The notes under the pieces: model-generated
What the model was told of the DNA's origin: nothing
Database searches by the model: none
Seen by the model: only the letters and a program-made list of their open reading frames with translations
Position numbers and translations under genes: made by a program
Source of the DNA: Eledone cirrhosa
Taxonomy: Eukaryota
Assembly: GCA_964016885.1 (NCBI GenBank)
Contig: OZ024742.1
Coordinates: forward strand, 88,412,001 to 88,476,000
DNA: 64,000 bases
Reading direction: 5' to 3'
Shown here: piece after piece, positions 14,390 to 28,529 of the stretch
Position numbering within the stretch: position 1 is the stretch's first letter
Layout: every line of letters begins with the position of its first letter

Positions 14390-15317
14390 CATGGGTTGGA
14401 CAAAATAATGGAAACACCTAGCATCATAGCATCATCATTTTGAAATTTCTATAAAACCGTGAAAACCTTATTTATTTTCATGTTTTTTTTATTTATTATT
14501 AGTGTTGCTTAATATGTTTTGTTAAAATTGCTGTTTATTTTCAGATATCATCAGAAAAAGGTAATTATAATGACAGATCTATCGGACTTTCAAAGAGGTC
14601 AAATTGTTGGTGCTCACATGGCAGGCGCTAGCGAAACGAAACAGCCGAAATGTTTGGTGTATCAAGAAGTAGTGTCTCGAAAGTAATGACAGCATTGAAT
14701 AAAGAGGGAAAAACCTCATCGTCGAAACCAAACTCTGGAAGAAAACCAAAACTTTCAGATAGGAACCGTCGGACTCTTACGCAAATTGTTAGAAAGGATC
14801 ACACAAGTACAGCTCCTAAAATTACTGCAGAGCTTAATGAAAACCTCGAGAAACCAATTTCCAGAATTAATAGTCAAGACCATTTAAGCATTTTACATGA
14901 TCAAATTCATGCTATGGTTGTGGAACTGTTTCAGGAAGGAAACGCAATCTTTCAGGATGATAATGCACCAATTCACACAGCTAAATTTGATACACAATGG
15001 CACGAGGAACATTCTAATGAAGTTGAACATCTTATCTGGCCACCGCAGTCCCCAGATCTCAATATTATTGAACATTTATGGTGCATTTTAGAAAAAACAA
15101 GTAAGGAATATTTAGCCGCCGCCATCATCACTACAAGAACTGGGGACTGTTTTAGCTGAAGAATGGACAAAATTTCCTTTCGAAGCAATTCAAACTTTGT
15201 ACGACTTTATAACACTTATAGTTCAAGCTGTAATTACTGCCAAAGGCGGTCGCACCCGATATTAAATTAAATTTGTTTGAAATTTTAAGGTGTTTCCATT
15301 ATTTTGTCCAACCCCTG
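14390..15317 (+). mobile_element. Tc1/mariner transposon (D36E spacing), internally deleted
   Basis: TIRs ca(t/g)gggttggacaaaataatggaaacacct at 14390 and inverted ending 15317, followed by TA; MTDLSDFQRGQIVG start near 14570; SGRKPKLS; FQDDNAPIHT..WPPQSPDLNIIEHLW; first catalytic D region deleted. Confidence 0.93.
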
Positions 15318-15321
15318 TATA

Positions 15322-16010
<689 letters not shown>

Positions 16011-16047
16011 TAAAAAATAAAAAAAACATATACATATATATATATAT

Positions 16048-17550
16048 AAGTACCCAATACATAGCAGAGTACAAATATTTAAAATAATATTGAAATGGCT
16101 TCTACAGGACTAGTACTGCTTCATTCGGGGAAATCATCTGGAAGCTGACTGTCCAAGTAATATGGTGGTATTTATATGTCGAGTTTGGTCAGCATATTTT
16201 TTTGATGATATTGAGTACCTTACATACAGTGGTTACTCTCGATTGAAACCTGGATAAACTTATATTATAGCACCTACTGTGACCCTCCTAACCATAACCA
16301 AGCAGCCATGCTGACCAAACTTGACATATAAATACCTCTAGAACCATCTGTGTTCAGAGAACGTTAGGCCGCCTGTGAGACGTGGGACCGGCTGGTACTT
16401 AGCCCAGTAGATGTCCCTCCTCCTTCACCCCCTGTTGACGTCAATTCCCCCCACCGCACTTGGGATGCCATCCAGTGCAACCTGACCTCAGACAGGCCCA
16501 CGCGCCAGCTCGACCAGAATCGCCTTGCTTGTTTTCGTGCGACCTCCAAACCCCAAAGTGGTTCCTGACTCCATGCCCTGCCCTCCTTCTCCACAGGCAC
16601 GCAGATAGACAACCATAGTCTGCGCATCGGCGTTTCCCCTAGGCTCGGCCGCCGGATCTGCCAGCCACACCAATGTCGCTGCGGTTCCAACGTGGACTCT
16701 TTCGGCTTCCACCCGCTTTCCTGTCGCCACAGTGCCGGCCGCATTCCACGCCATGCTGCCCTCAACGAGGTCATTAAGCATGGCTTGGATGCTGCCGGCT
16801 TCCCTTCCCAGCTCGAGCCGGTGGGGCTGGATCGAGGGGACGGCAAAAGGCCAGATGGCATGACCATCTTCCCGTTCCTTGGTGGCAAACACCTCGTCTA
16901 GGATGCCACTTGCACCGACACTTTCTGCAGCCGCAACCTCTGCTGTCTGCGACTGACCCAGGTTGTGCTGCACGTCGGGCTGAGGGGGCCAAACTCCTCA
17001 AATACCGGTCGCTCTCCGACAAGTTTGCGGTCGTAACCCTGGCAGTGGAGCCCCTGGGCTACCTCCTTATTCACCACAAAAGGCGCTGAGCTGGAAAGCC
17101 GCCTGTGTGAGCCCCGCGAGTTGGAGTGGCTTTTCCAACGCGTCTCCCTTGCCGTCCCCCGGGGAAACGCCTTTTCCCTTCTGGCTGGTGGAGCTGTCGG
17201 TGGGCCCCACCGCATACTGTTGTAGTTGTTGTAGAAGAAAAAGGAAGACAACATTATCTGTATAGTTGTTGTTATTTAAAATAGAATTGTTTACGATTTA
17301 GAAATTGTTATTACTAAAATCTGTTTTGCACTGTCTCTTCTAATTAATATACAACTTAACTTTATTATATGCTGTTTACCTCTGTGGAGATGAAAGTCAA
17401 AATCGTTAGTGCAATGAAACTATATTTAATTACTAATAAAATAAACTTAGAGCTGTTAATATGTGTTACCATATTACTTGGACAGTCGGCTTCCTGGTGA
17501 TTTCTCCCGAATGAAACAGCTCTAGTCCTGTAGAAGCCATTTCTATAATA
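16048..17550. mobile_element. Fold-back PLE-type element interrupted by a CRE-like LINE; HHR-like motif at 17488-17538
   Basis: Left arm 16090-16195 is inverted at 16308-16336 plus 17468-17545; ggcttc-CTGGTGA-..-GAAAcag..ctGTA-gaagcc. Confidence 0.7.
16337..17467 (+). mobile_element. CRE-like non-LTR retrotransposon 3' fragment (Zn knuckle + restriction-like endonuclease)
   Basis: CRCGSNVDSFGFHPLSCRHSAGRIPRHAALNEVI..EPVGLDRGDGKRPDGMT..DATCTDT; QRVSLAVPRGNA; GC-rich. Confidence 0.8.
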
Positions 17551-17759
17551 TATATATATATATATTATTATACTTGGGGAGGGTCATATTTGTGTAATAA
17601 TATTGCCAGAATTAATAACAGAACACACTCACTGTTTGGTTGGTTTTCGCTTCTGTCATTTATATCGGTTAATTTAATTTATTCGGTCCTCAATGTTACC
17701 ATTGACTGACCAACGGTCATAAAATACAGATACAATATAGACACAAACACATATATATA

Positions 17760-18750
17760 TAGTCTAACAAAGTTCTTTCGTTGCACATCTGCATCATCGT
17801 TAGTGGTGCTATTATGTTTCCTCCCGTTGATTTGTATGCCTACGCCATTTTTATTTAGTCTGTTTATTTATTTATTTACTTGTTTATATTTTTGTCTTCT
17901 CTGCGTATGCGTTTGCGTGTGTGTATAGTGTTTTGTTTGATGTGTGTTCGTGTTTGGGTGACTGTGTATTGGTTATTGTATTCTATCTTAGTTTACTAGT
18001 GTGTGTTTATATGTGTTTGTTGTTATTGTGCTTGTGTATGTGTTTATTTATTCATACTTCTCTTAGGTCAGTGTTGTTTGTTTCGGTGTTGTTTTTATTC
18101 CATTCAGTTCTTCTGTTTAGCCTTGGCCTTCTAAGCCCTATTTCGCTGACCTCTCTGATTTGCCTATCTGCTGGGTCATTTCTATGTTTAGATATTATTC
18201 TAATTTCTATGTTGGCTATGTTACCGTCGTGTTGTTGTCTGGCATTTTCGTATTGTACTGTACCATTTTTTCATCCTTTTAGTTCCCCCCAATGTTGGTC
18301 TATCCTTTCACCTATGTTAAGATCTGTCTCGCCTATGTATGCTGTTGTCATGTTTCTGCAAGTAACCTCTGTACATCTTATGCTATAGACTACGTTTCTA
18401 GTTTTACAGTTTATCCGGGGGTTTACTTTACATATGATACATTTCCTATTAGTACAGTGGGTTTTCTGAAAAGGGTAGGTTTTGCTGATCAGGGATTTTA
18501 TGGTGGTTCCCGGCTTTTCTACCACCTTATTCTTTAAGTGGGTCTTTCTCAGGGCCTTTCTACACTGGTTAGCTAATTTCCCTCCAGGGGTGGCGTCCAC
18601 ATACATGACACTTTGGTATCTCTGTTTGTCGTACCACAACTGGAAAGCCAACTCATGGTACCACAACCAGAGATACCAAAGTGTCATGTTTGTGGACGCT
18701 ACCCTTGGAGGAAAATTAGCTAACCAGTGTAGAAAGGCCCTGCGAAAATA
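17760..18750 (-). mobile_element. PLE 3' fragment (Cys linker + GIY-YIG; possibly Nematis-like) with short 5' inversion
   Basis: VMYVDATPGGKLA..KVVEKPGTT..CTNRKCIIC..NCKTRNVVYSIRC..C..AYIGET..GERIDQH; 18550-18637 is inverted at 18658-18745. Confidence 0.75.
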
Positions 18751-18999
18751 AAATAGCAAATAAAATTCCTGATATTATTATCACATTTCAACATTATCAC
18801 GTGCTACATCCAAATACTCGAAACCCTCTGTCTTCATCGTCTTTTAACTTCACCTTTTCCCATTTTCGTCCACCGTCCTCTTCCGATGTTACTTAATTTT
18901 TATATTTATTTTAGCGAGACTCATGATGTTAAATTTTGTTTTGAAACAAATAATGTTGTATTGTGGCAGGGTCATGCTTACAATCAAATAAAAACACCT

Positions 19000-21850
19000 T
19001 TTTATTTCTGTTCCAAGCACAATTAGCACCACTCTTGCATGCATATTTCATATTCTCTCGACATATATTCTAAAGTATTTATACTTATTAATTTTCTCGT
19101 TTTCTTTACCATTAGTGTAATAGTCTCCTATGCAAGCTGCCTTCATTCAGTATTTTTTCCACCAAAGTAATACCACGCCTTGTAATTTCAGGAACTCAAA
19201 GAGTGTAGATTGTAAAGTCCCACTATACTTTCACAGTCTTATTGTTTAGTACCTTTTCTGGTTTGTACTGATACCATTTCTCGGGGATTGCAAATCCACA
19301 CCTCATGCATAAAGATCAATGAAGGTATAAGAACATTTTATCGTGAGGCCCTTTATATTCTCCCTGCGCTCATGTTTGTCGAACTGTCCACATTATTCTT
19401 GCATAGCTCTACTGATTGGTTTCATCTGGGTTATATATAGTCCCTATCACGGTCGTCTGTAAAGTTTGATCTTGAGGAGCTGTTAATAAACTTCCTGTCG
19501 CTCTCTTAAGATAACATTTTGTCAACCAATTCCATGACGATCCTTCAGATACCTAAATCCTTCTACTGTGTAGATGCCTACCTCTCTTCATATTTAATCT
19601 GCCACTCTTTGAGATACTAAATTCCATCCTAATATCCCCGCAAACTGGTCAGTTTTGAACAGTGAGTCAACCTAATATTCAATATTGTTAAAGAGCTTCA
19701 GATCATCCATGAAAAGTAGATGATTTACCTTAAGTACTCTATTTTCGCATAACTGTATCTCGTAAGACCATTGATAGAGGAATCATGGGAATGAGAAAGG
19801 GCAATGCTGCGAATGGATACCCCTGAAATATTTCTCTTCTTATATTGACCACACCAAGGTGCATATTTCATGCATATAGTCTTGTAATGAATAAAGGTAT
19901 GCTAGACAACATTTTATTAATACCAGAGTCTGCTATCCCAAACATTCTCAAACATTTCAATACCCGTGAGTATGGCCCATGTCAAAGGTTTTCTTAAAGT
20001 ATAATGAAGCCTTGCATAAATTCGTTACACGTATTTTTCAGTTTTTCGCGGTTGCATTGTCAACAGCAAAATGATTTTGGTTCCGTGGGAACGTTTCCTA
20101 CACCACTTCTCCTCGTCCGGTAGCATCTCATTCTGAAGCAAATGATCATAGTCTTTTGCAAAGAATTCAGTCAACAGCTTTCAAGCAAATTCAAGTAAAT
20201 AATTACCCACTAATATCCAACTAACGGAACTTTCATTTTATACTTCTTTATGAAGGTTTCCCATTCAACAGGGGACTTCTACTTGTATTATACAATCATT
20301 TAGATGATCCCTCGAATATAATGAATACTTTTAAGTCCCTGAATCCCATCCGGATAAGGATATTTACAGCTTCGCATTTTCCTAATGAATGTCTGCCTTT
20401 GAAATATTTTCCCACCTGTGTTTTTGCTCATCATATAACTCAAATTCATTTTTCCATCTCACATCTTTGCTTGCTCTTTTGCAATTCTCATAGATTTGAC
20501 TAAAATTGTGCGGATTCTAGAGCATTATGTGCAATTTCTGCTTTATTTTCCCCGACAGTATTCTTTTCTGTTTCTATTGTTTTTTTTCTTCTATTCCCCT
20601 AATCCGATTAGATTTTGCCTTAATTCGCTGCTTTTTCCATCATTATATTCAAACTTTCCATCATTATATTCAATCATTATATTCAATCTAAGGGCGGTGG
20701 ATTGGCAGTATTGGTAGAGGGTCTGGCGCCATGCTTTGAAGCATAGAGTTACCTCTCTTTATGATCTGAGTTCAAATCCCGCCGAGGTTAAATTTGCCTT
20801 TCATGCTTACGGGGTCAATAAAATAAAGTACCAGTAATGCACTGGGATAATTGCTTGCCTGGTGCCAAAAGTAGAAACAATTATATTCAAACCTTCCAAA
20901 AGTATTTGATATTTCATGCCCATGCATCGTTTCTTCCCTACTTTTATCCTTCTTCTGCTTTCATCTATGCTATTCATTCTGTTTACCAATATCTTCTCTG
21001 AGTTATATCACACTCCAATCTAATCTTCTCCCTGGTTTCCTTATGTTTCTTCCTTTTATTTCGCTTAATACTTAATAGCTCACTCACCAGAAACCCTGCA
21101 GCACTAATTAACTTTCTCAAGTCAGTTATACCCATGGTTTACTTTGGCTGTGTCACTTGCTGAACGACTTCTCTCTAGAGTCCAAAGATTCAGCGGTGTC
21201 GTATTGATTCCAGGTCATTAAACAAATCTCTCAATATTTTGACGATCAATCTTGTTTCTTCCTTTTATTCCTTTTAATTTCCATTCACATTTTCAATATC
21301 CTCACCTGATTCTCCACTCTCTCTACATTCAGCAAGTTCATAGTATTCCCCTTATCAGTATTTGGGCTTGTTAATTCTCCAATTGATTTATTTTCATTAT
21401 GATCTCTATGATTCCCACTTTTCACATTACCATTATCTAAGTTACCTTCAGCATTAACATTCATACTTTGAACGTCAACCTCTAGGACCTCTAATTCATC
21501 TTTGATGAATCCATTACTCGAATCTTCCTTATCTATCCCATCACGTAGTGTTAAAACGTTCCATTTTCCAATACTGAAGCATCCGTTCAACCACACCTCG
21601 TGCTTCTCCCTCTTTTGCAATATCGTGATACGTGGTAGCAAGTTTATTATCTTCTTTGCTCCATTTTCTTGTACTCCCTCTTTCATTGCGTCATCTTACT
21701 TCTCTTCAGATATAAGCTTTAGGTTTATTCTGAGGCATATCTGTTTGATAAGGGCGTCTGGACGACGGTGCCCCCTGTGGACAGCTGTTATCAACTGCAT
21801 TCCCATCACACTTGCCCTGCTTGAAGGCTAAACCACTGGTTTCCCCCAAT
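19000..21850 (-). mobile_element. Decayed R4/Dong-like LINE
   Basis: VNHLLFMDDLKLF near 19700; VNIRREIFQG near 19830; N-terminal ORF 21285-21686; many stops. Confidence 0.65.
20692..20884 (+). mobile_element. tRNA-derived SINE (OR-like family)
   Basis: A box tggcagtattggtag; B box gagttcaaatccc; core tttgcctttcatgcttacggggtc; 3' end gccaaaagtagaaacaattat; flanking duplication attatattcaaac(t/c)ttcca. Confidence 0.85.
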
Positions 21851-22566
21851 AGACACCTATTCAGAATTCCGCTGCATAGCAGTTTGAATTCATATTTCTT
21901 CTCTTCATCTTTTTCTTGAAGTTTGCGTTTATGGGGTTGCGAAACAACCAGTGATTTTATTGTGTTCATCAACACCATGGATATCACCAACCAAACCCAA
22001 TGACCACATTCTAGACTCTTGGCTGGTGTAGCTACTTTGCAGCTATCAATGAGGCAGTGATAGCAGTGCTGATGGTGGTGGCGTTGCACAAAGTGTTGGT
22101 TGAAGGAATATGAAATTTGACGGGAGCAAATCTGAACCTGGAAATGTGCCAAGCTGCAAGTGCAGCTTGTCACATAGAGATGCAAGTATATACTGTCCAA
22201 CAGCCTCGTCGGGTGCTGGACGGACGGACGAGTAAAGATGCCTGTGTTTTTTCGGGGGGGGGGGGGGGGGGTGCACTAACGCTGCGGCATCTACAAATAA
22301 TCTGCCTAAACGGTAAACAGGTGTGTTCACCGTTGGTGGTCACTGCTCTCTACCAGGCGAGCGATATGAGGAGGGGAACTTCTATTAAGTGTGTGTGTGT
22401 GTATGATTCTGTGTGAGTGCGCGTGTGTGTATGTATGCATGTATATATGTATGTATATGTAGAATATATCCGTAGGTGTGACAAAGCAGAATGGAAAACT
22501 GTGATTAATCGGGGGAAAGAGCTGATATGTTGCATAAATTAACTTTGTTGACACATGGAAGAAAAA

Positions 22567-22650
22567 GCGCTACCCAATGTTTCAAAGCATAATATTGATC
22601 ATATCTGTAAATTGTAAGAGGGATCAATTTTGTAAATAATCTTCAGGCGT
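22567..22650 (-). ncRNA. Candidate type I HHR with long stem II
   Basis: Reverse complement: cgc-CTGAAGA-..attgatc..gatcaat..-GAAAC-attgg-GTA-gcg. Confidence 0.55.
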
Positions 22651-22762
22651 ATATACGTCTGAAGATTGGACCAAAATGTTCATCTCTCTTACAACCTGGA
22701 TACGGTTGGCGCATTTGTTCCCTGCATGGATGTAAATCAATAATATAATATAATATAATCTC

Positions 22763-22849
<87 letters not shown>

Positions 22850-22854
<5 letters not shown>

Positions 22855-23485
22855 CGTCAATGCATGAGACGACATCGCATTTATAAATATGTCATTCACC
22901 AGGCATTTGTTTTCGAGTGGACACGTTTCCTTATTGTGCAGTTACACAATTATCCCATCCAGGGGTGGGTTTCAGAGGTAGTAGGCCTATTTCATTTAGC
23001 AGTGTTATGTTTGCCTATATTGCTAGCCAAGTTAGGTGTAGTGGAGTAGGCGAGACATACCGTATTCTTATTAAAAATAGTGTAATACCTATGTTTTGTG
23101 GGGAAGTTTTTATACAGCAATTTGAAGACATTTTTTGAGAATAAATGTACCTTGATAATAGGAGTGCCTGCTTTTGTATCCCTCTGTATCACTATGTATT
23201 TTTCTCTAAATATAGTTTTATCAAAGGATCCTCATTCATTAAATCAATCAGCCAATGACCTCCATCCATCCCAATCAACACCTTCCCCTGCCAACATAAA
23301 ATGTATAAATACCACCATATTACACTGATAATCGGCTTTTCCTGATGATTCAGATTGAATGAAACAGTTCTACTCCTGTAGAAATCATTTCTATATTAAA
23401 TATTTATACTCTGCTTTGTATTGAGTACCTTAGTTACCGTGGTTACCCCTGATTTAACCCGTGACACACACACAGACCCTCCCCC

Positions 23486-23490
<5 letters not shown>
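22850..23490. mobile_element. Naiad-like fragment (-) joined to an inverted HHR-bearing terminus; HHR at 23334-23386 (+)
   Basis: KLLYKNFPTKHRYYTIFNKNTVCLAYSTTPNLASNIGKHN (-); tttc-CTGATGA-ttcagattgaat-GAAAcag-ttctactc-ctGTA-gaaa. Confidence 0.75.
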
Positions 23491-23553
<63 letters not shown>

Positions 23554-23619
23554 AGAAAGGGAGAGAGTGAGTGAGAGATACAGTATGAAATATTGTATTA
23601 GGATAAACATGCAAAGAGT

Positions 23620-24960
23620 GGGGACAAATTTGAGTGGAGATTTTATGTTTACAATTGAATATTCTATTCCTTTCTAGAGTTTAGTATTTTTTTCGGGTTC
23701 TAATTTCCAACACTGTCGTCGAACAAAATCCTTCTTTTTTTGCGTTGATAGATGTAGGTGAAGCTTAGAATCAACCACGACAGATCGTACTCCATTGTTC
23801 TGCTTTAAGTCCCATATATTTTAGCCAAGGCGCTAGATTTGTGAAGCTCAGGATTTTTTGAAAGAGTGGGTGTGCATACAACGTCTTTTCTTAAAAGAAG
23901 TTAGATGTGGCTCCCACATATTTTTAAATCCCTATGCTTGTAAATGTTGTACTTGTAACCGATGTGGTTAATCATGTATCTACTCGATAGGGGGTATCTA
24001 CTGTGTTGTCTGCAGTTACATTGTACCAGTAGGTTAAGGTATTTTTTCGTCCCGATATTTACGGTATTGATAGATGTGCCAACAGGCTGTCACAGGTATG
24101 CACTGTGTTATTCTAACCGGCATTATTAATATTATTGGTTTGAAAGAAAGAGTATAGAGGAAGACAGAATACTTCATCGAGCTAAGGTTCCCGTATTAGT
24201 ATTGTGGTCGTCAAAGCGTTCATTGTTTAATATTGCTATGAAATCTTACAGGTTATTCGTAGTAGACCTTTTCTATTTAAGATTGTATAGCAGCTCTGTG
24301 ATGCCGGAAGCTTTTTATCTAATAACGTAAAGAAGTTAGTGCGTAATTCATTCCTAATTAAGTTATTTTGTGGAGGATAGATAAGACCTATTGCAGGATT
24401 GTCTGGTTGTTTTTCCTGCTAGACAGTTTATTCTAAAGTAATCAGTTATTTCATCCGGTTTAACTCTCGAATTTTTATTCGTGGGGTTAATATTTACACT
24501 CGGGTTACGACGATGGTATACGTGGTTATTTCACCCTGGATAGGGATGGTTTTGGTGATATATTTGTTCGACTGTTGTATTAGGTATATATTCTAATCCA
24601 TCCTTATAAACAGCTTTCCGCAGTGCCGCTTTGTAGAAGTCTGCGTGTGTATTGAATGTACTTATGGAGCTTGATAGTCTCGAAATCATAAGCGACTTAG
24701 ATACATAGGTTAATTTATGTGCAGTGGTTCAATACTTGAAGCAGAGCATTTTCATTTTTTCTGCAGTGAAGTATTATGGTTGTATGTAAATTTTGAGAAT
24801 ATTGAATGTATTTTATTAGAAATAGGTTTCCATCTACTAATTGCATTTCCGGTAAATTCTAATGGTTTTAAAATTCAAAAGGATTTGCGTTATTGTATGA
24901 GATTGGTGATTTAATAAATTTTCAATCTGGAAAGATACAAATCCAGCTTGTCTTACTCAT
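23620..24960 (-). mobile_element. Highly decayed Naiad-like PLE
   Basis: Minus-strand remnants RLSSSISTFNTHADFYKAALRKAVYKDGLEYI and NPELHKSSALAK..EYDLSW. Confidence 0.55.
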
Positions 24961-24995
24961 CTATACGTAAATGTGTGTGTATTTATATATGTGTA

Positions 24996-25087
<92 letters not shown>

Positions 25088-25091
<4 letters not shown>

Positions 25092-25740
25092 TAAACGGAA
25101 AAGAAAATGCTGACAAATTGTTCACAGTGAAAAATAGTTTAATTAGGAATAAGGGAAAATTAGTAATAGTATTGGTTAGTATTCAGTTTTTGGTTTTACG
25201 TTTTACCGGTTGCGCATCTCTAATGCTTTTCAAAAATAATTTTGAGATAGAGCGTCCGTGATGTTTGCTCTAATCTGATTAGTTTTGGAAATTCTACCTG
25301 TTTTTATGTTAAAAAAGTGGCTCCAGCGGTATTAAAATAAGTTTTGCGCCAATTCGTGTTGCAAAAATTATTGTGGTCAAAGCAATTTTGATTGGTCGTT
25401 AGAGGTCATGTGAATGTTAAAAATTGATTTTGCACCAAATGTAGGTTTGTGTCGGCTGATTGAGAAGTCACTGAAAAATAAGTATTTCAAAACAAATATG
25501 TGTGTGTGTAGTAGTAATAGTAAAGAGGTTCGTTGTTGTGATAATGTTCAGCAGGGATGTCTGTGCGAATCCGCAGCGTGTTGACAGTTCAAATGCCTAT
25601 TAAGACAAGTGTGTGTGTGTGTGTGTGTGTGTAGCAGAGTAATTCGTGGTAGAGGGATGGTCAGTAGGAATGTGCCTGTAAGTGTGTGGGGGATATTTTA
25701 ACATGTTAAATATATTTTTCAGCTCTTGACTTATACGGAG

Positions 25741-25773
<33 letters not shown>

Positions 25774-26906
25774 TCTTTGTATCTTAATGTACGCGTGTGT
25801 ATGTGTGTGTATATATATGTGCATGTGTGCGCATACACGTGTGTGTGTGTGTGTGTGAATGTGTGTGTGGGGTGGGTTGGGTGGGCTGTGAACCAGTAAT
25901 TATTTTGTGATACTGGTGAAATGGTGTACATTATCGATAGTTTCAGTAAAATCGATTCTCTCAATAGAACATCAACAACCTAAATAATAAAAGGTGTGAA
26001 ATGATATATAGTATTGCCATAATACCATGGTGTGTGTGAGTGTTTCCAGATTGTACGTACTGCAAGGAGAATCCATTAGACCTTGCCGTATTGGAATACC
26101 TGTGTACAAATATGTATCTGGATTGTGTCCAGAAATTGTATACCTGTGTACAAATTGTATACTTGTGTACACATTGTATATAAGTATCTGGAGTGTGTCC
26201 AGAAATTGTATACTTGTGTATAAAAATGTATCTGGAGTGTGTCCAGATTTTACGTACTCCAAGGGGAATACACACACGCACATATATACACACACACACA
26301 CATACACATGCGTACATTAACATACAAAGATACATATATACACACACACACACACTTGTCTTAATAGGAATTTGAACTGTCAACAGGCATCGCACACACA
26401 TCCCTGCTTACCATTATCACAACAACGAACCTCTTTACTACTACTACACACACACACACATATTTGTTTTGAAAGACTTATTTTTCAGTGACTTCTCAAT
26501 CAGCCGACACAAACCTATATTTGGCGCAAAACCAATTTTTAACATTCACATGATCTCTACCGACCAATCAAAATTGTTTTGACGACAATAATTTTTGCAG
26601 CACTAATTGGCGCAAAACTTATTTTAATACCGCTGGAGCCACTTTTTTAACATAAAAACAGGTAGAATTTCCAAAACTAATCAGATTAGAGCAAACATCA
26701 CGGACGCTCTATCTCAACATTATTTTTGAAAAGAATTAGAAATGCGCAACCGGTAAAACTTAGCACCAAAAACTGAATACTAACCAATACTATTACTAAT
26801 TCTCACTTATTCCTAATTAAACTATTTTTCACTGTGAACAATTTATCAGCATTTTCTTTTCCGTTTACCAATATATCATAACTTGTGTGTTACACCTCTA
26901 TTCTTT

Positions 26907-26910
<4 letters not shown>
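25088..26910. mobile_element. 1.8-kb fold-back PLE-derived element; variant HHRs at 25201-25236 (-) and 26723-26758 (+)
   Basis: Arms from 25088 and ending 26875 are inverse; right arm extends about 35 nt (aacttgtgtgttacacctctattctttt); (TA)n on both sides. Confidence 0.88.
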
Positions 26911-26956
<46 letters not shown>

Positions 26957-26959
<3 letters not shown>

Positions 26960-27159
26960 CGAAGGAAATGTGGTAAGGAACCAGGTGGACCATAACGCAC
27001 CAAAGTACTCAATACTTAGGGTAGTATAGTGGGTAATAGGAACAAGTAAGACCCCGACGGCTGAGCTCAAGCCGTTTCGACGACTAATTCTGTACTCAAT
27101 TAGTACAGAATTAGCCGTCGAAACGGCTTGAGATCAGCCGTCGGGGTCTTACTTGTTCC

Positions 27160-27161
<2 letters not shown>
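26957..27161. mobile_element. Mini fold-back of the Naiad-like terminus
   Basis: ataggaacaagtaagaccccgacggc..gtact / agtac..gccgtcggggtcttacttgttcctat; left arm about 78 nt longer. Confidence 0.85.
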
Positions 27162-27209
<48 letters not shown>

Positions 27210-27237
27210 TATATATATATGTATATATATATATAGA

Positions 27238-28077
27238 TATGCAGATAAATCTACAAAAATATACGGTAGTGTCCAATCTGTATGAAGAATAAAATGTAAT
27301 CCAAATATCCAAATATCATGAAAAGAGAAGATGTATTCATGATCTAATTTAATTGATAAGTAATTAATTTAATTTCTTGTTATAGATCTAAATTACTTGT
27401 GTTTTAAATAAGATTGATATTTCTCACTAACACATTTACCCTAAAATGTTATTCTCCTTCGATTTTAACATTAGCATTATTCTTTAATAACATCAAATTT
27501 TCGTGTAAATTTCACCAGCTTGACCTCTTTTCATCCCCAAAGGAATCCTTTCATTCAAAGTATTCTTTCCATTCAATACTTAAGTCTGCATTCCTCTACC
27601 CCTAAATTAATTTTCTACTACTACTGTTCTATTGGTCAATTCAAAACCTGTTCCCAAACAAACCTATTATATTAAATCTTTGTTGGTGTTTTTCAATAAA
27701 CAAATATCATTAGGATTGGCAGTATCGGTTCAGGCTCGGACGCCATGCTTTCCAGCATAGTTACGTCCCTTTACGATCTGAGTTCAAATCCCGCCGACGT
27801 TGACTTTGCCTTTCATGCTTACGGGGTCGATAAAATAAAGTACCAGTAATGCACTGAGGAATTGCTGGCCTTGTGCCTAACGTAGAAACAATTATTTCTA
27901 AAGACAGTATATATATGTGTAGGTATGTATATTTCCTCTGATAGTTTGTAAAATGTTTACATAGATCTATATGATATACATACCGACACACACCTATATA
28001 TCTTAGAAACGATTGTAAAATGATGAATGTTTTAATATAAGGAACTGTTTCTTTGTTTCTATTCATTGTTTTTATTA

Positions 28078-28080
<3 letters not shown>
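27238..28080. mobile_element. Diverged copy of the 52576 family with a SINE inserted just before its HHR
   Basis: Left end gataaatctac..tacggtagtgtccaatc matches 52580; 27891-28080 matches 57014-57210. Confidence 0.7.
27711..27897 (+). mobile_element. tRNA-derived SINE (OR-like family)
   Basis: Homologous to 20692-20884. Confidence 0.85.
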
Positions 28081-28118
<38 letters not shown>

Positions 28119-28123
<5 letters not shown>

Positions 28124-28503
28124 TTGACCACAAGAATTTTTGCTGGAGCCACTTTTTTAACATAAAAACAGTTTTGGCGTAAAATCAATTTTTTACATTC
28201 ACATGACCTCTACCGACCAATCATAATTGTTTTGACCACAAGAATTTTTGCAAATTGGAGCCACTTTTTTAACATAAAAACAAGTAGAATTCCCAAAACT
28301 AATCAGATCAGAGCAAACGGCACGGACACTCTATCTCAAAATTATTTTTGAAAAGCATTTAGAAATGCGCAACCGGTAAAAACTTAAAAACTTAAAACCA
28401 CAACTGAATACTAACCCATACAATCACTAATACTCTTTTATTCCTAATTAAACCATTTTTCAACTGTGAACAATTTGTCAGCATTTTCTATTCCGTTTAC
28501 CAA
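28119..28503 (+). mobile_element. Single-arm copy of the 25088 family; variant HHR at 28345-28382
   Basis: ttt-TTGAAAA-gcattt-ag-aaatgc-GCAA-ccgg-TA-aaa; ends tttaccaa then (TA)n. Confidence 0.8.
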
Positions 28504-28529
28504 TATATATATATATATATATGTATATA

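Noticed and set aside
28400-28485. Second tandem HHR in the 25088 family (ctgaata..gaacaatttgtc-agca)
   Set aside because: The core deviates at several positions and stem I does not pair.
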